A DNA stretch of 64,000 bases from an uncultured Sulfurovum sp. (GTDB lineage: Bacteria; Campylobacterota; Campylobacteria; Campylobacterales; Sulfurovaceae). Below are positions 34,704-45,118 of this stretch, one piece after another. Below the pieces are notes generated by a model. It had not been told where the DNA came from and searched no databases. It worked only from the letters and a program-made list of their open reading frames with translations. Positions within the stretch are counted from its first letter, which is position 1; every line of letters begins with the position of its first letter. The stretch spans positions 11,294-75,293 of the forward strand of contig CAJXJN010000007.1 in NCBI GenBank assembly GCA_913055205.1, given 5' to 3'. The translations under genes and the position numbers were made by a program.

Positions 34704-34905
34704 GGGCTGTTATCTTCTTCCCATCGTCCGAGACAGTGAAAGCACTTATTATTTTGGAAGTTTCCACTTCCTTCCTCTCTTGTATACTGCAATATGATCT
34801 AATAATCATTTCCCGAATTTAAATCCACCGCTAGGTGGCATGTAATCAGATAGATTTCTTTTTCACCTAGCGGTGATTCTGTCTTATATTTAAGTCTAAA
34901 GCTAT

Positions 34906-34936
34906 GTAGGCATTCCCCACGTAAAGTATGGGAATG
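34906..34936. repeat. GTAG-tagged REP-like hairpin
   Basis: gtaggCATTCCCcacgtaaagtatGGGAATG. Confidence 0.45.
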
Positions 34937-34999
34937 AGATTGTAATTTTATGCTAGTTTAAGTTAATAAATGTAAGAATGTTGGAAAGGGTGCACAGAA

Positions 35000-35025
35000 G
35001 CATAGAAAGCGGTCACTTTCTATGC
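35000..35025. terminator. Perfect 10-bp hairpin, candidate bidirectional terminator of the small-peptide locus
   Basis: GCATAGAAAG-cggtca-CTTTCTATGC, 11 nt beyond the stop of the 35037-35147 ORF. Confidence 0.6.
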
Positions 35026-35036
35026 CTTGTGAGACA

Positions 35037-35147
35037 TTAGTCTTTGTCTGTGTTCTTTTGCTTCTTACAGTTTTTATAATCAAGCCACATAAATATCACT
35101 TTCAATACGCCAACTATAATAGCAAGTATGGGAATTACTTCCATCAT
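35037..35147 (-). CDS. 36-aa single-TM peptide, candidate Fst/Ldr-like type I toxin
   Basis: Hand translation MMEVIPILAIIVGVLKVIFMWLDYKNCKKQKNTDKD; GAGGGG SD; TATAAT at 35252-35257 (minus); downstream hairpin. Confidence 0.65.
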   Translation of the reverse strand: MMEVIPILAIIVGVLKVIFMWLDYKNCKKQKNTDKD

Positions 35148-35358
35148 ACACCCCTCATTTTAAATTTTTACCACCCACAATATAAATTCCTAGCCCGACC
35201 TAAGTAAACTAAAAAATAAGAACACCACCAATTTGCAAAGGGTGCGAGAGAATTATACATAGAGATTTTTACATGAGATAAAAATATGTCAAATTGTCAT
35301 ATTCTTCTTCCTTTAAGCTATTCCAAGTAAACTTATCTAAAATAGACAGGAATAAGCC

Positions 35359-36048
35359 ATGCTAAAAACACTTATCTCTTCATTACTCATTCTCTCAGCA
35401 ACCTATGCAGAAATCAAACCGACCATCCTACACGACCTAAGCGTAGAGATCAGCTACACTACCCCAGACGGCAAAGTCAAAAAAGTCACCATTGCCAGAG
35501 ATATGGACTTGCGTTGCAGGCAGATACCTTTTAATGCCAGAGAGTATTGGGAGGGGAATTATGCAAGCAGGGATGTGGCGGATTTTTGTAAAAAGACATT
35601 CATCACTACAGCAGGGAAGATCGCTCCTATGAAGATGCATGATAAAGTGGAGACTTACGGAGAGCTGGAAGTGTTGGATTTTCTGGAAGATATGCAGGAT
35701 GACAAAGAGCTTCTTTTTGTGGACAGCAGAAAACCGCAGTGGTATGAGAGTGTCAGTATTCCCAGTGCCATTAACATACCCTTTACCTATTTTACCGACT
35801 CTAAGAACATCAAATTCAAACAGGAAGCACTCATACGTTTTGGAGTGAAGAGTATAGAAGGCGGGTATGAGTTTACCCATGCCAAGACCATACTGTTCTT
35901 CTGTAACGGTGTATGGTGCAGACAGTCTCCCCAGATGATAGAAGCACTCCTTGCATTAGGATATCCGCCTCAAAAGATGAAATGGTACCGTGGGGGAATG
36001 CAGAGTTGGCTGAGTCTTGGGATGACTTCTACACGTTCTCCACAGTAA
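35359..36048 (+). CDS. Periplasmic rhodanese-like sulfurtransferase
   Basis: Signal peptide; VDSR, IPSAINIP, active-site loop FCNGVWCRQS, YRGGMQSW. Confidence 0.85.
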   Translation: MLKTLISSLLILSATYAEIKPTILHDLSVEISYTTPDGKVKKVTIARDMDLRCRQIPFNAREYWEGNYASRDVADFCKKTFITTAGKIAPMKMHDKVETYGELEVLDFLEDMQDDKELLFVDSRKPQWYESVSIPSAINIPFTYFTDSKNIKFKQEALIRFGVKSIEGGYEFTHAKTILFFCNGVWCRQSPQMIEALLALGYPPQKMKWYRGGMQSWLSLGMTSTRSPQ

Positions 36049-36329
36049 CAAAAAGCTTTTATTACACACTCTTTTCATACCCCAGACAGGACATTCCGGT
36101 ATGGCCAAATGGAAATTGCTATGAAAAGACTCTCACTTTAAACCCTGAAAAACAAGATCATTACCTAGCAAGTCATTGTAATGATAAGTGTTGTATTAAG
36201 CGGTTATTTTTACTTTTTGTATCAAAAAATAAAATTTTTTATAAAACTACAACATAAATATAAATTATAGATTCTATTAAGATTCATCAGATAAAATATA
36301 ATTATAATTTCTAATAGTAAAGGATTTAA

Positions 36330-38249
36330 ATGAAACTGACTAAAATTCTATTGGCTTTAATGCTGGTAATGGGATATGCAAATGCTGTTGATGTACAGTC
36401 GAATATAGCAAAAACAAAACTCACAGGTGAACTTTACGGTTCAGAAGGCAATCAAGAGGCAGAGATAGATGAATTGATCAAAAAGATAGGTACCATCGGC
36501 TATGGCACGGTAGCAGCCAACAGAAACATACAAGTACATTATTATAATAAATTTAAAGAAAAGGGTATAGAGATGATCTCTTTCTTTGGTGTGGTCAACA
36601 AAGAGAAGCTCAGACCGCTTTTGCTAAAGAACCCGGATTTCGGTGCATATGCTCCGTTTAATTTTCTGGTCTATAAAACGTTGGATATTGAAAACGATGA
36701 TAATACATGGTATGGACATCTTGCACCGAGTACGATGCTCGATATCATTGATGAAAAAGATCCGGATACAAGAAAAGCCTTTGCTGATATGGTGGGTGGA
36801 TTTGATGCGTTGGTAAAAAAAGAGATGAAACCGACTAAAACAAAAAGATTTGAGCATTCAAAACCGCTTCCTGAGCACGGACTTACAAAAATGGTGAAAA
36901 AATTCGAAGCACCGGATGACCTTGAAGAGTTTATAGAAGATTTTGTCATGGAGCATGACGGACGTTTTTCAAAGCATGATTTTATTATTGCAGGGTTTAT
37001 AGACTTTAAATTCGAGTATAGCGATATGGATCTTGAATTTGAAAAATATGATGCATACTGGGTCTCACTGCTTTGCCACTTTAAATTCTCAAACTCTATC
37101 TTCAACAGAGGTATTCCTGAAGCAGGTATGTTCGCACCTTGTTCGATCTATTTCTATATTCCTAAAGGAACCAATGAACTTCATGTGGGGTATGCAAGTG
37201 TAGATAACTGGATCAATGCATTGAATTTTAAAGACCAAAAAACGATCGACTATATGAGGGCTATTGATGCAGAAGTAATAGAAACTTTCAGAGAGTTAGG
37301 ATTTGAACTTGAAGCACAAGGTGCAAAAGTACCTGAAGTCATGTCACTGGATGAGGAAAATAAAGCACTCAAAGCAAAGATCAAAGAGTTGGAATCAGAG
37401 TTGGCAAAATATAAAAAAGGTGCTCCGGTGACTGTACCGGCAGTTAAACCGGCAGCTAAAGCAGTTGAACTTCCTAAAAAGGTTTTTACAGGTAAAAAAT
37501 TGGTTATCGGAGGTAAAGCACCCAAGGAGCTTACAGCATATTATGCGGCAAATCCGCAAACTATTGACGGATTGAAAGCAAAGTTGAAAGCGGCTGGTTT
37601 TACAGTACTTGCCACAACAAAAATACTCAATGGAAAAACTGTGGTCACTGTTACAAATGATGAACTGAAAAAAACCAATACTTTTGCTGCTACGCTTCAA
37701 GTACTGGTGAACGGGGAAGATGAAGTACGTGTACAGAACCCTTCCTATTTCGGAGCTGCATATCTTCAGGAAAAATTTAAATATGGTCAATTCTCTGCAA
37801 CACTGAAAGCACTGCAGGCAGCTTTGGGTGATATGTATGAAACAAATGACAAATTTGAGTTTGATGATCTTGCAAAATACCAGTTTATGTTCGGTATGCC
37901 GTATTTTGATGATACGATTACGGTAGCAGAGGGGGAAAATCTTATAGGGAAACTCAGTGGTGAAAAGGCTTCAAAATACGTTGCCTATACACTGAAACTT
38001 CCTAATGGAGCAAGCATCGTAGGACATAAACTCAGAAGCCGCACCAATAAATTTCTTCAAAAGATCGAGGCAGAACGCAATGCCGATATCTTGCCTTATG
38101 AATCAATGATAAAAGATGGCAAAGCAGTTATTCTGGATCCTAAATACTATTTGGCACTTTCTCTTCCGCTTTTGAGTATGTCAGATTTTATGAAGATCGC
38201 ATCTGCACCGGGTGAAATAGAAAAAGATATTAAAAGAGCCTATAAATAA
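36330..38249 (+). CDS. Secreted multi-domain protein with tandem DUF302-like repeats (paralog of 15322-17433)
   Basis: Signal peptide; GAYAPFNF, GMFAPCSI, KYQFMFGMPYF, ILPYE...DPKYY; collinear with the 711-aa ORF. Confidence 0.6.
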   Translation: MKLTKILLALMLVMGYANAVDVQSNIAKTKLTGELYGSEGNQEAEIDELIKKIGTIGYGTVAANRNIQVHYYNKFKEKGIEMISFFGVVNKEKLRPLLLKNPDFGAYAPFNFLVYKTLDIENDDNTWYGHLAPSTMLDIIDEKDPDTRKAFADMVGGFDALVKKEMKPTKTKRFEHSKPLPEHGLTKMVKKFEAPDDLEEFIEDFVMEHDGRFSKHDFIIAGFIDFKFEYSDMDLEFEKYDAYWVSLLCHFKFSNSIFNRGIPEAGMFAPCSIYFYIPKGTNELHVGYASVDNWINALNFKDQKTIDYMRAIDAEVIETFRELGFELEAQGAKVPEVMSLDEENKALKAKIKELESELAKYKKGAPVTVPAVKPAAKAVELPKKVFTGKKLVIGGKAPKELTAYYAANPQTIDGLKAKLKAAGFTVLATTKILNGKTVVTVTNDELKKTNTFAATLQVLVNGEDEVRVQNPSYFGAAYLQEKFKYGQFSATLKALQAALGDMYETNDKFEFDDLAKYQFMFGMPYFDDTITVAEGENLIGKLSGEKASKYVAYTLKLPNGASIVGHKLRSRTNKFLQKIEAERNADILPYESMIKDGKAVILDPKYYLALSLPLLSMSDFMKIASAPGEIEKDIKRAYK

Positions 38250-38415
38250 CAGAAATAATGTAATACAAAAAACATATGGGGGCTTTCCCTGTATGTTATT
38301 GTGTAATATAGAAACAAATAATAAAGATAACTTTTTCGTAACCTGTCATTTCAATCACCTCCAACGATAAGAGTGCTACAATTCTTCTACATAAAACTTA
38401 ATTTAAGGAATACAC

Positions 38416-40599
38416 ATGTCTAAACCAACTATTATTTGGTCAAAAATCGATGAAGCTCCGGCTTTGGCAACCTACTCACTTTTGCCGATCGTAAGTAAAT
38501 TTACGAATGCAGCAGGTGTAGATGTAAAAGTAAGTGATATCTCTTTGGCAGGTAGAGTACTTGCTGCTATGGGTCTTGCTGAAGACGAACTTGCAAAGTT
38601 GGGTGAATTGGTAGTTAAACCGGAAGCCAACATCATCAAACTTCCAAATGTTTCAGCGTCTATCGGCCAGCTTAAAGAGTGTATTGCTGAGCTGCAGTCT
38701 CAGGGCTTCGATATTCCTGATTTCCCGGAAAATCCTGAAACTGAAGAAGAAAAAGCGATCAGAGCAAAATACAACCCTTGTCTTGGGTCTGCTGTTAACC
38801 CGGTACTCAGAGAAGGAAACTCAGACAGACGTGCTGCAGCAGCAGTTAAGAGATATGCACAGCAGCACCCACACAGACTTAAGGCGTTTGCTGAGAACTC
38901 AAAAGCATATGTAGCACACATGGAAGGTAACGGAGACTTCTATGGTAATGAGCAGTCAGTAACAATGGACAAGGCTCAGAAAGTGAAGATCATGCTTAAC
39001 GGTAAAGAACTTGCAGCGATCGATGCACTTGAAGGTGAGATCCTCGATGCTACATTCATGTCAGTGAAAGCACTGAGATCATTTATCAAAAAATCAATTG
39101 ATGATGCAAAAGCAAACGGTGTGCTTTGGTCTATTCACCTTAAAGCAACTATGATGAAGATCTCTGACCCGATCATGTTCGGTCATGCGTTTGAAGTATT
39201 CTTCCAGGAAGTATTTGACAAGTATGCAGATGTATTCAAAGCATTGGAAGTAAACCCTAACCTTGGTATGTCCGATCTTGAGAAGAAGATCGCCGGTCAT
39301 GAAAAAGAGGCAGAGATCAAAGCGGCATTCCAGGCGGTTGTAGATTCTGATTCTCCAAAGATCGCAATGGTCGACTCTGATAAAGGTACTACGAACTTTA
39401 ATGCTTCAAATGATGTGATCATCGATGCTTCTATGCCTGTAGTGGTTAGAGAAGGTGGTAAACAGTGGGATAGAAATGGTGATGCAGTCGAGTGTGTTGC
39501 GGTTATTCCTGATTCTACTTACGCAATGTTCCACCAAGAGATGGTAGCGGACTGTGTGAAAAACGGACAATACGATGTTACAACTATGGGTAACGTAGCA
39601 AACGTTGGTCTTATGGCACAAAAAGCAGAAGAGTACGGTTCTCACCCGACAACATTCGAGATTGCAGAAGCGGGTACGGTAGAAGTTCTGAATGAGAATG
39701 GTGATGTACTGATGAGCCATGAAGTGGAAGCCGGAGATATCTGGAGAATGTCACGTGCGAAAGATATCCCGATCAAAGACTGGGTAAGACTTGCGGTTGA
39801 AAGAGCAAGACTTACAGGAAACCCTGCGATCTTCTGGTTGGATGAAAACAGAGCACATGATGCGCAGATGCTCAAGAAAGTCAATAAGTATCTTGAAGAG
39901 CATGACACTACAGGTCTTGATATCAAGATCATGGATATAGCAGCAGCGACAAGATATACAAATGAGAGAGTAAGAGCGGGTAAAGATACGATCTCTGTAA
40001 CAGGTAACGTTCTAAGAGACCACCTTACTGATATGTATCCGATCTTGGAGCTTGGAACATCTGCAAAAATGCTTTCTATCGTTCCATTGCTTGCAGGCGG
40101 AGGACTCTTTGAAACAGGTGCGGGCGGATCAGCGCCTAAGCACGTAGACCAGTTCCTGGCTGAAGGTCACCTCAGATGGGATTCACTTGGTGAGTTCCTT
40201 GCATTGGCCGAATCACTTAGAATGGAATACCAAAAGAGTGAAAACAGCAAGATCGGTGCATTGACAGAAGCACTTGACAAAGCGAACCAGGGTTACCTTG
40301 ACAACGACAAAGCACCGTCAAGAAAAGCAGGTGAGCCTGACAATAAAGCATCTCACTACTATGTTGCAAGATACTGGGCTGAAGCATTGAGTACTCAGAC
40401 GGCAGATGCAGAACTTGCTGAGAAATTCGCTCCGGTTGCGGATGCACTCGCAAAAAATGAAGAGCAAATCATTTCTGAATTGCTTGCAGCTGAAGGTTCT
40501 GCGAAGGATATCGGTGGTTACTACCATCCGGATGATGCGAAAGCTGAAGCTGCGATGAGACCATCTGCTACACTTAATAGCATCATTGATGCTATCTAA
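38416..40599 (+). CDS. icd: Monomeric NADP-dependent isocitrate dehydrogenase
   Basis: [46 protein letters not shown]. Confidence 0.96.
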   Translation: MSKPTIIWSKIDEAPALATYSLLPIVSKFTNAAGVDVKVSDISLAGRVLAAMGLAEDELAKLGELVVKPEANIIKLPNVSASIGQLKECIAELQSQGFDIPDFPENPETEEEKAIRAKYNPCLGSAVNPVLREGNSDRRAAAAVKRYAQQHPHRLKAFAENSKAYVAHMEGNGDFYGNEQSVTMDKAQKVKIMLNGKELAAIDALEGEILDATFMSVKALRSFIKKSIDDAKANGVLWSIHLKATMMKISDPIMFGHAFEVFFQEVFDKYADVFKALEVNPNLGMSDLEKKIAGHEKEAEIKAAFQAVVDSDSPKIAMVDSDKGTTNFNASNDVIIDASMPVVVREGGKQWDRNGDAVECVAVIPDSTYAMFHQEMVADCVKNGQYDVTTMGNVANVGLMAQKAEEYGSHPTTFEIAEAGTVEVLNENGDVLMSHEVEAGDIWRMSRAKDIPIKDWVRLAVERARLTGNPAIFWLDENRAHDAQMLKKVNKYLEEHDTTGLDIKIMDIAAATRYTNERVRAGKDTISVTGNVLRDHLTDMYPILELGTSAKMLSIVPLLAGGGLFETGAGGSAPKHVDQFLAEGHLRWDSLGEFLALAESLRMEYQKSENSKIGALTEALDKANQGYLDNDKAPSRKAGEPDNKASHYYVARYWAEALSTQTADAELAEKFAPVADALAKNEEQIISELLAAEGSAKDIGGYYHPDDAKAEAAMRPSATLNSIIDAI

Positions 40600-40617
40600 G
40601 TCTTAGACTTAAAACCT

Positions 40618-40641
40618 CACACGGGGCACTGTGCCCTGTGT
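40618..40641 (+). terminator. Hairpin after icd
   Basis: cacacggggcac-t-gtgccctgtgt GC-rich stem. Confidence 0.5.
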
Positions 40642-40783
40642 ATCACTTCTTTGCATCTAGTGTAAAAAGATGCACATAGAACGGTTGTTGCCTCGTTTGT
40701 CGCAAAGCATAATTGATAACTGACATTATGATTTATGTTTTGCTTTTGAGGTGTTCTATGATTCTCACAAAAAAAGGATTTAG

Positions 40784-41734
40784 ATGAAAAAAGGTAAAAA
40801 AGTATCGATTATAGGTGCCGGGAATGTTGGGGCTACAGTAGCTTATTCACTTGCGATGAAAGGTGTATGTCACGAGATTGTACTTAGAGATAGGAATATT
40901 AAGATAGCAAAAGGTAAAGCACTTGATATGAGTCAGGCAGCAAATGCTGCCAGAATGCATACACTTGTATCGGTAGCTGAAGATGCTTCAGATATGGCTG
41001 GTTCAGATGTAGTCGTTATTACAGCAGGGAGTCCAAGACTTCCTGGTATGAGTAGAGATGACCTGCTTATGATCAATGCAGAGATCACTAAACAAGTGGT
41101 GGCAGATGTGAAAGAACATGCACCGGACTCAGTCATCATCATGGTTTCAAACCCTCTTGATGTGATGACCTATGTGGCACTTAAAGCGTCAGGTTTTCCT
41201 AAAGAGAGAGTCCTTGGTATGGCAGGGATTTTGGATTCTGCAAGAATGGCACACTTCATTCATGAAAAGATCGGTTACGGTGCAGGGCAGATCCGTGCTT
41301 CTGTAATGGGTGGACATGGTGATGATATGGTACCGCTTCCTAAATTCTCAACGGTAGCAGGAGTACCTTTAACGGATGTACTTGATGAAGAAGAGATTCT
41401 TGAAATAGTAGAAAGAACTAAAGGTGGCGGTGCAGAGATCGTAGGATACCTGAAAACAGGTTCTGCATACTATGCACCGGCAAAATCGACAGCGATCATG
41501 GTAGAGGCTATTCTTAAAGATACGAAGCAGATCCATCCATGTGCAGTCTATCTTGATGGTCACTACGGACACTCTGATGTAGTTTCAGGTGTACCTGTCG
41601 CACTGGGTGCCAATGGTGTGGAAAAACTTTTTGAAATGACACTCAGTGAAGGTCAAAAAAGAAGATTTGCCAAGAGTGTTGATTCGGTAAAAAGTATGAT
41701 CGATATACTTAAAGAAAAAAACTTTTTTGACTAA
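40784..41734 (+). CDS. mdh: Malate dehydrogenase (LDH-like)
   Basis: [30 protein letters not shown]. Confidence 0.95.
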   Translation: MKKGKKVSIIGAGNVGATVAYSLAMKGVCHEIVLRDRNIKIAKGKALDMSQAANAARMHTLVSVAEDASDMAGSDVVVITAGSPRLPGMSRDDLLMINAEITKQVVADVKEHAPDSVIIMVSNPLDVMTYVALKASGFPKERVLGMAGILDSARMAHFIHEKIGYGAGQIRASVMGGHGDDMVPLPKFSTVAGVPLTDVLDEEEILEIVERTKGGGAEIVGYLKTGSAYYAPAKSTAIMVEAILKDTKQIHPCAVYLDGHYGHSDVVSGVPVALGANGVEKLFEMTLSEGQKRRFAKSVDSVKSMIDILKEKNFFD

Positions 41735-41743
41735 GGAATGAAA

Positions 41744-42595
41744 ATGAGAGAAATTGAATTTGATGTTGTTGTCAAAGCAGTAAGAGATATCATTGTACAT
41801 TGTGGTACCGATTTACCAAAAGATACTTATGATGCACTGGAAGAGGCTATGGAGAAGGAAGCATCACCTGTATCTAAAGAGGTGATTCGCCAAATTCTTG
41901 AAAATGCAAATATTGCCAAAGATGAGAAGAGACCTTTATGTCAAGATACCGGTTTAGCGGTATTTTTTGTGAATGTAGGTGATGAAGTAAGAATTAAAGG
42001 CGGACTTCTAAGAGATGCGATCAACAAAGGCACAGAGCAAGGCTATACTGAGGCATACCTAAGAGCTTCTACTTGTGAACCATTCAGCCGTGCGAACCTA
42101 AAAGATACAGTGGGCTATAACTTGCCTGCGATCATTCACTTTGATATCGTAGCTGGTGATAAAATAGACATCGAATATGCTGCAAAAGGCGGTGGAAGCG
42201 AAAATGTTTCAAGAGCAAGAGTTTTCCCTCCGGCTGCCGGTAAAGAAGGGATCATCAATTATGTAAAAGAGGTGATCTCTGATGCAGGCGGAAACCCTTG
42301 TCCTCCGATAACTGTAGGTGTAGGTATCGGTGGTACATTTGAAAAAGCATGTATCTCTTCCAAACATGCTCTTTTTAGAGACATAGGATCCGTTCATCCG
42401 GATCCGGAAATGGCAGAGATGGAAAAAGAGATCCTTGATGAGATAAATAAGCTTGGTATCGGTGCTATGGGAATGGGTGGGACAAAGACGGCTTTGGCTG
42501 TTCATATCGAGTCCAACCCTTGTCATATCGCTTCACTTCCTGTTTCGGTCAATGTTCAGTGCCACTCATCACGACATACACACATCACAATATAA
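41744..42595 (+). CDS. Fe-S class I fumarate hydratase alpha subunit
   Basis: [28 protein letters not shown]. Confidence 0.9.
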   Translation: MREIEFDVVVKAVRDIIVHCGTDLPKDTYDALEEAMEKEASPVSKEVIRQILENANIAKDEKRPLCQDTGLAVFFVNVGDEVRIKGGLLRDAINKGTEQGYTEAYLRASTCEPFSRANLKDTVGYNLPAIIHFDIVAGDKIDIEYAAKGGGSENVSRARVFPPAAGKEGIINYVKEVISDAGGNPCPPITVGVGIGGTFEKACISSKHALFRDIGSVHPDPEMAEMEKEILDEINKLGIGAMGMGGTKTALAVHIESNPCHIASLPVSVNVQCHSSRHTHITI

Positions 42596-42607
42596 GGGAG
42601 AGTAGAT

Positions 42608-43165
42608 ATGGCAACTTATACTTTAACCACCCCACTTACTTCTGAAGATACAAAACAGCTTGTAGCAGGTGATACAGTTTTACTTAATGGTACGATATTT
42701 ACTGCTAGAGATGCAGCACATAAAAGATTGGTAGAGCTTATCGAAAAAGGTGAAGAGCTTCCTTTTGACCTAGAGGGTTCTGTTATCTATTTTGTCGGAC
42801 CAACACCTCCTAAACCGGGTGATCCTATCGGTAGTGCCGGTCCAACAACAAGTTACAGAATGGACTCTTACTCTCCAACCATGTTGAAAAATGGTTCCAA
42901 AGGAATGATCGGAAAAGGAAAACGTGATCAAGCTGTGAAAGATGCCTGTGTCAAATATGATGGTATCTACTTCGGTGCTACAGGTGGAGCAGGTGCACTA
43001 CTGGGTAAAAAAATCACATCAGCAGAGGTGATCGCATATCCGGAACTTGGTCCAGAAGCAGTACGTAAGATCACTGTTGTAGATTTTCCTGTAACGGTTA
43101 TCAATGATACCCATGGTAATGACCTCTACCAAATGGGTAGAGAACAATACGAAGTCAAGGACTAA
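42608..43165 (+). CDS. Fe-S class I fumarate hydratase beta subunit
   Basis: TARDAAHKRL, GPTTSYRMD, MIGKG, LGPEA. Confidence 0.9.
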   Translation: MATYTLTTPLTSEDTKQLVAGDTVLLNGTIFTARDAAHKRLVELIEKGEELPFDLEGSVIYFVGPTPPKPGDPIGSAGPTTSYRMDSYSPTMLKNGSKGMIGKGKRDQAVKDACVKYDGIYFGATGGAGALLGKKITSAEVIAYPELGPEAVRKITVVDFPVTVINDTHGNDLYQMGREQYEVKD

Positions 43166-43295
43166 AGTTCAGTATAGAGACGGAGTAAATCCTGAGTCAT
43201 GTAAGGATTAAAATCCAATACAGTGAGGAAGTAAATTCCGAGTTTTATAAAAAATAAAGCTTAATATAAACAACTTTCTAAACTTTCTTCATATC

Positions 43296-43328
43296 TAAAT
43301 ATCTACACATTCGATGTGTAGATATTTA
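43296..43328. terminator. Perfect 15-bp inverted repeat
   Basis: TAAATATCTACACAT-tcg-ATGTGTAGATATTTA. Confidence 0.55.
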
Positions 43329-43358
43329 CCACAATCCTCAAATTATTATTTTAAAAAT

Positions 43359-43491
43359 TCAACTTTCGCATGTACGTCAACCTTGTATTTGGTACGGGGA
43401 TCTACAAACCTGATACACTGTAATTAGTTAAAAAATATTGTAGATTCTCAGTGAAGCTGAGAATCATGATGGAATGATAGGGGAAAGTTGA
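43359..43491. repeat. CGTC-tagged REP-like composite palindrome, copy 3 (degenerate) inside an outer 9-bp inverted repeat
   Basis: cgtcaaccttgtatttggtacggggatct ... gattctcagtgaagctgagaatcatgatgg; flanks tcaactttc/gaaagttga. Confidence 0.55.
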
Positions 43492-43548
43492 GTTCATAAT
43501 AACAATATGATATAATTATTTTTAATAGTGCTCAACAAGGAGTAGCAA

Positions 43549-44946
43549 ATGAAATATAGAATAGAAAAAGACACAATGGGAGAGATGAGAGTTCCTTCCG
43601 ATAAATATTGGGCTGCACAGACACAAAGATCTATACATAACTTTGAAATCGGTAATGAAAAAATGCCTTTGGAAGTAGTGTATGGATTTGCTAATTTGAA
43701 AAAAGCTTGTGCACTTGTTAATAATGAGCTTGGTCGTTTAGATGATGAAAAAACTTCTGCTATCTCTCAGGCATGTGAGAGTATCCTGGCAGGAGAACTG
43801 GATGACAACTTTCCTCTGGTCGTATGGCAAACAGGTTCAGGAACACAGTCAAATATGAATGTGAATGAAGTGGTGGCAAATAAAGCAACTGAGATCCTTG
43901 GGGGAGACTTCACCAAAGACAAACTTGTTCACCCAAATGACGATGTAAACAAAGGTCAAAGTTCCAATGACACCTATCCGACAGGTATGCGTATCGCTGA
44001 AGTGGTTGCTGTGACAGATAACCTTATCCCTGCACTTGAACAACTAAAAGCGACATTAGACAGTAAAGCAAAAGCATTTGCTGACATCGTAAAGATCGGT
44101 AGAACACACCTTCAGGATGCAACACCGCTTACATTGGGTCAAGAACTTAGCGGATATGTAGCGATGTTAGAGACAAATCTCAAGCAGATCAATGATGCCT
44201 TGGTGTATTGCCGTGAGCTTGCCATCGGTGGTACAGCAGTGGGTACCGGACTAAATTCTCATCCGGAGTTTTCACAAAGAGTCGCAGCACAACTCAATAA
44301 CTTCATGGCTAAAGATTACGGATTTGTTTCTCAGCCAAATAAATTTCATGCACTGACAGGACATGATGCTGAAGTGGTACTTTCCGGAACACTGAAAGCA
44401 CTTGCAGCAAACTTGATGAAGATTGCTAACGATGTGAGATGGTTGGCTTCTGGTCCCAGATGTGGGTTAAGTGAGATAGAAATTCCTGCAAATGAGCCAG
44501 GCTCATCCATTATGCCGGGGAAAGTCAACCCTACACAAGCTGAAGCAATGACCATGGTAGCAGTACAAGTCATGGGTAATGACACAACAGTTGGTATTGC
44601 TGCAAGTCAGGGTAACTTCGAGCTTAATGTGTTTAAACCGGTGATCGCCTATAATATTTTACAATCAATAAGACTTCTCGCAGATACAATGAGAAGTTTT
44701 GATACAAATTGTGCAGTGGGTATAGAACCAATCCGTGATAACATCGAGAAATTCCTCAATGATTCGTTGATGTTGGTAACAGCGCTCAACCCTCATATCG
44801 GGTATGAAAATGCAGCCAAGATCGCCAAAACAGCACATGCGAACGGTACAACACTGAAAGAAGAAGCCATTGCACTGGGATTGCTTACTGCTGAAGAGTT
44901 TGATGAATATGTTAAACCTGAAGATATGATTGCTCCCAAGGTATAA
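43549..44946 (+). CDS. fumC: Class II fumarate hydratase
   Basis: [31 protein letters not shown]. Confidence 0.97.
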   Translation: MKYRIEKDTMGEMRVPSDKYWAAQTQRSIHNFEIGNEKMPLEVVYGFANLKKACALVNNELGRLDDEKTSAISQACESILAGELDDNFPLVVWQTGSGTQSNMNVNEVVANKATEILGGDFTKDKLVHPNDDVNKGQSSNDTYPTGMRIAEVVAVTDNLIPALEQLKATLDSKAKAFADIVKIGRTHLQDATPLTLGQELSGYVAMLETNLKQINDALVYCRELAIGGTAVGTGLNSHPEFSQRVAAQLNNFMAKDYGFVSQPNKFHALTGHDAEVVLSGTLKALAANLMKIANDVRWLASGPRCGLSEIEIPANEPGSSIMPGKVNPTQAEAMTMVAVQVMGNDTTVGIAASQGNFELNVFKPVIAYNILQSIRLLADTMRSFDTNCAVGIEPIRDNIEKFLNDSLMLVTALNPHIGYENAAKIAKTAHANGTTLKEEAIALGLLTAEEFDEYVKPEDMIAPKV

Positions 44947-44954
44947 ATATTTTT

Positions 44955-44987
44955 TATCATCCTCATGCACATGATACGGGGATGACA
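44955..44987. repeat. Collapsed single-hairpin copy of the CGTC element
   Basis: tatcatcctcatgcacatgatacggggatgaca; near-identical to the left arm at 5214. Confidence 0.55.
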
Positions 44988-45118
44988 GGTATTTCTTCTC
45001 CAACTGTGTAAATAATTACCACTTTATTAAAATCACCCTTAATAATAATTCAATTAATCCAATATTATCTACCAGAGACGTATAATTATGCAACTTATTG
45101 TAATTTAAAGGAGTACAC

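Noticed and set aside
35022-35207. 61-aa plus-strand ORF from the track
   Set aside because: No RBS; it is the antisense shadow of the minus-strand peptide, which has SD, promoter and terminator
35913-36257. 114-aa ORF overlapping the rhodanese 3' end
   Set aside because: No RBS or motif; could be a gene remnant but I cannot support it
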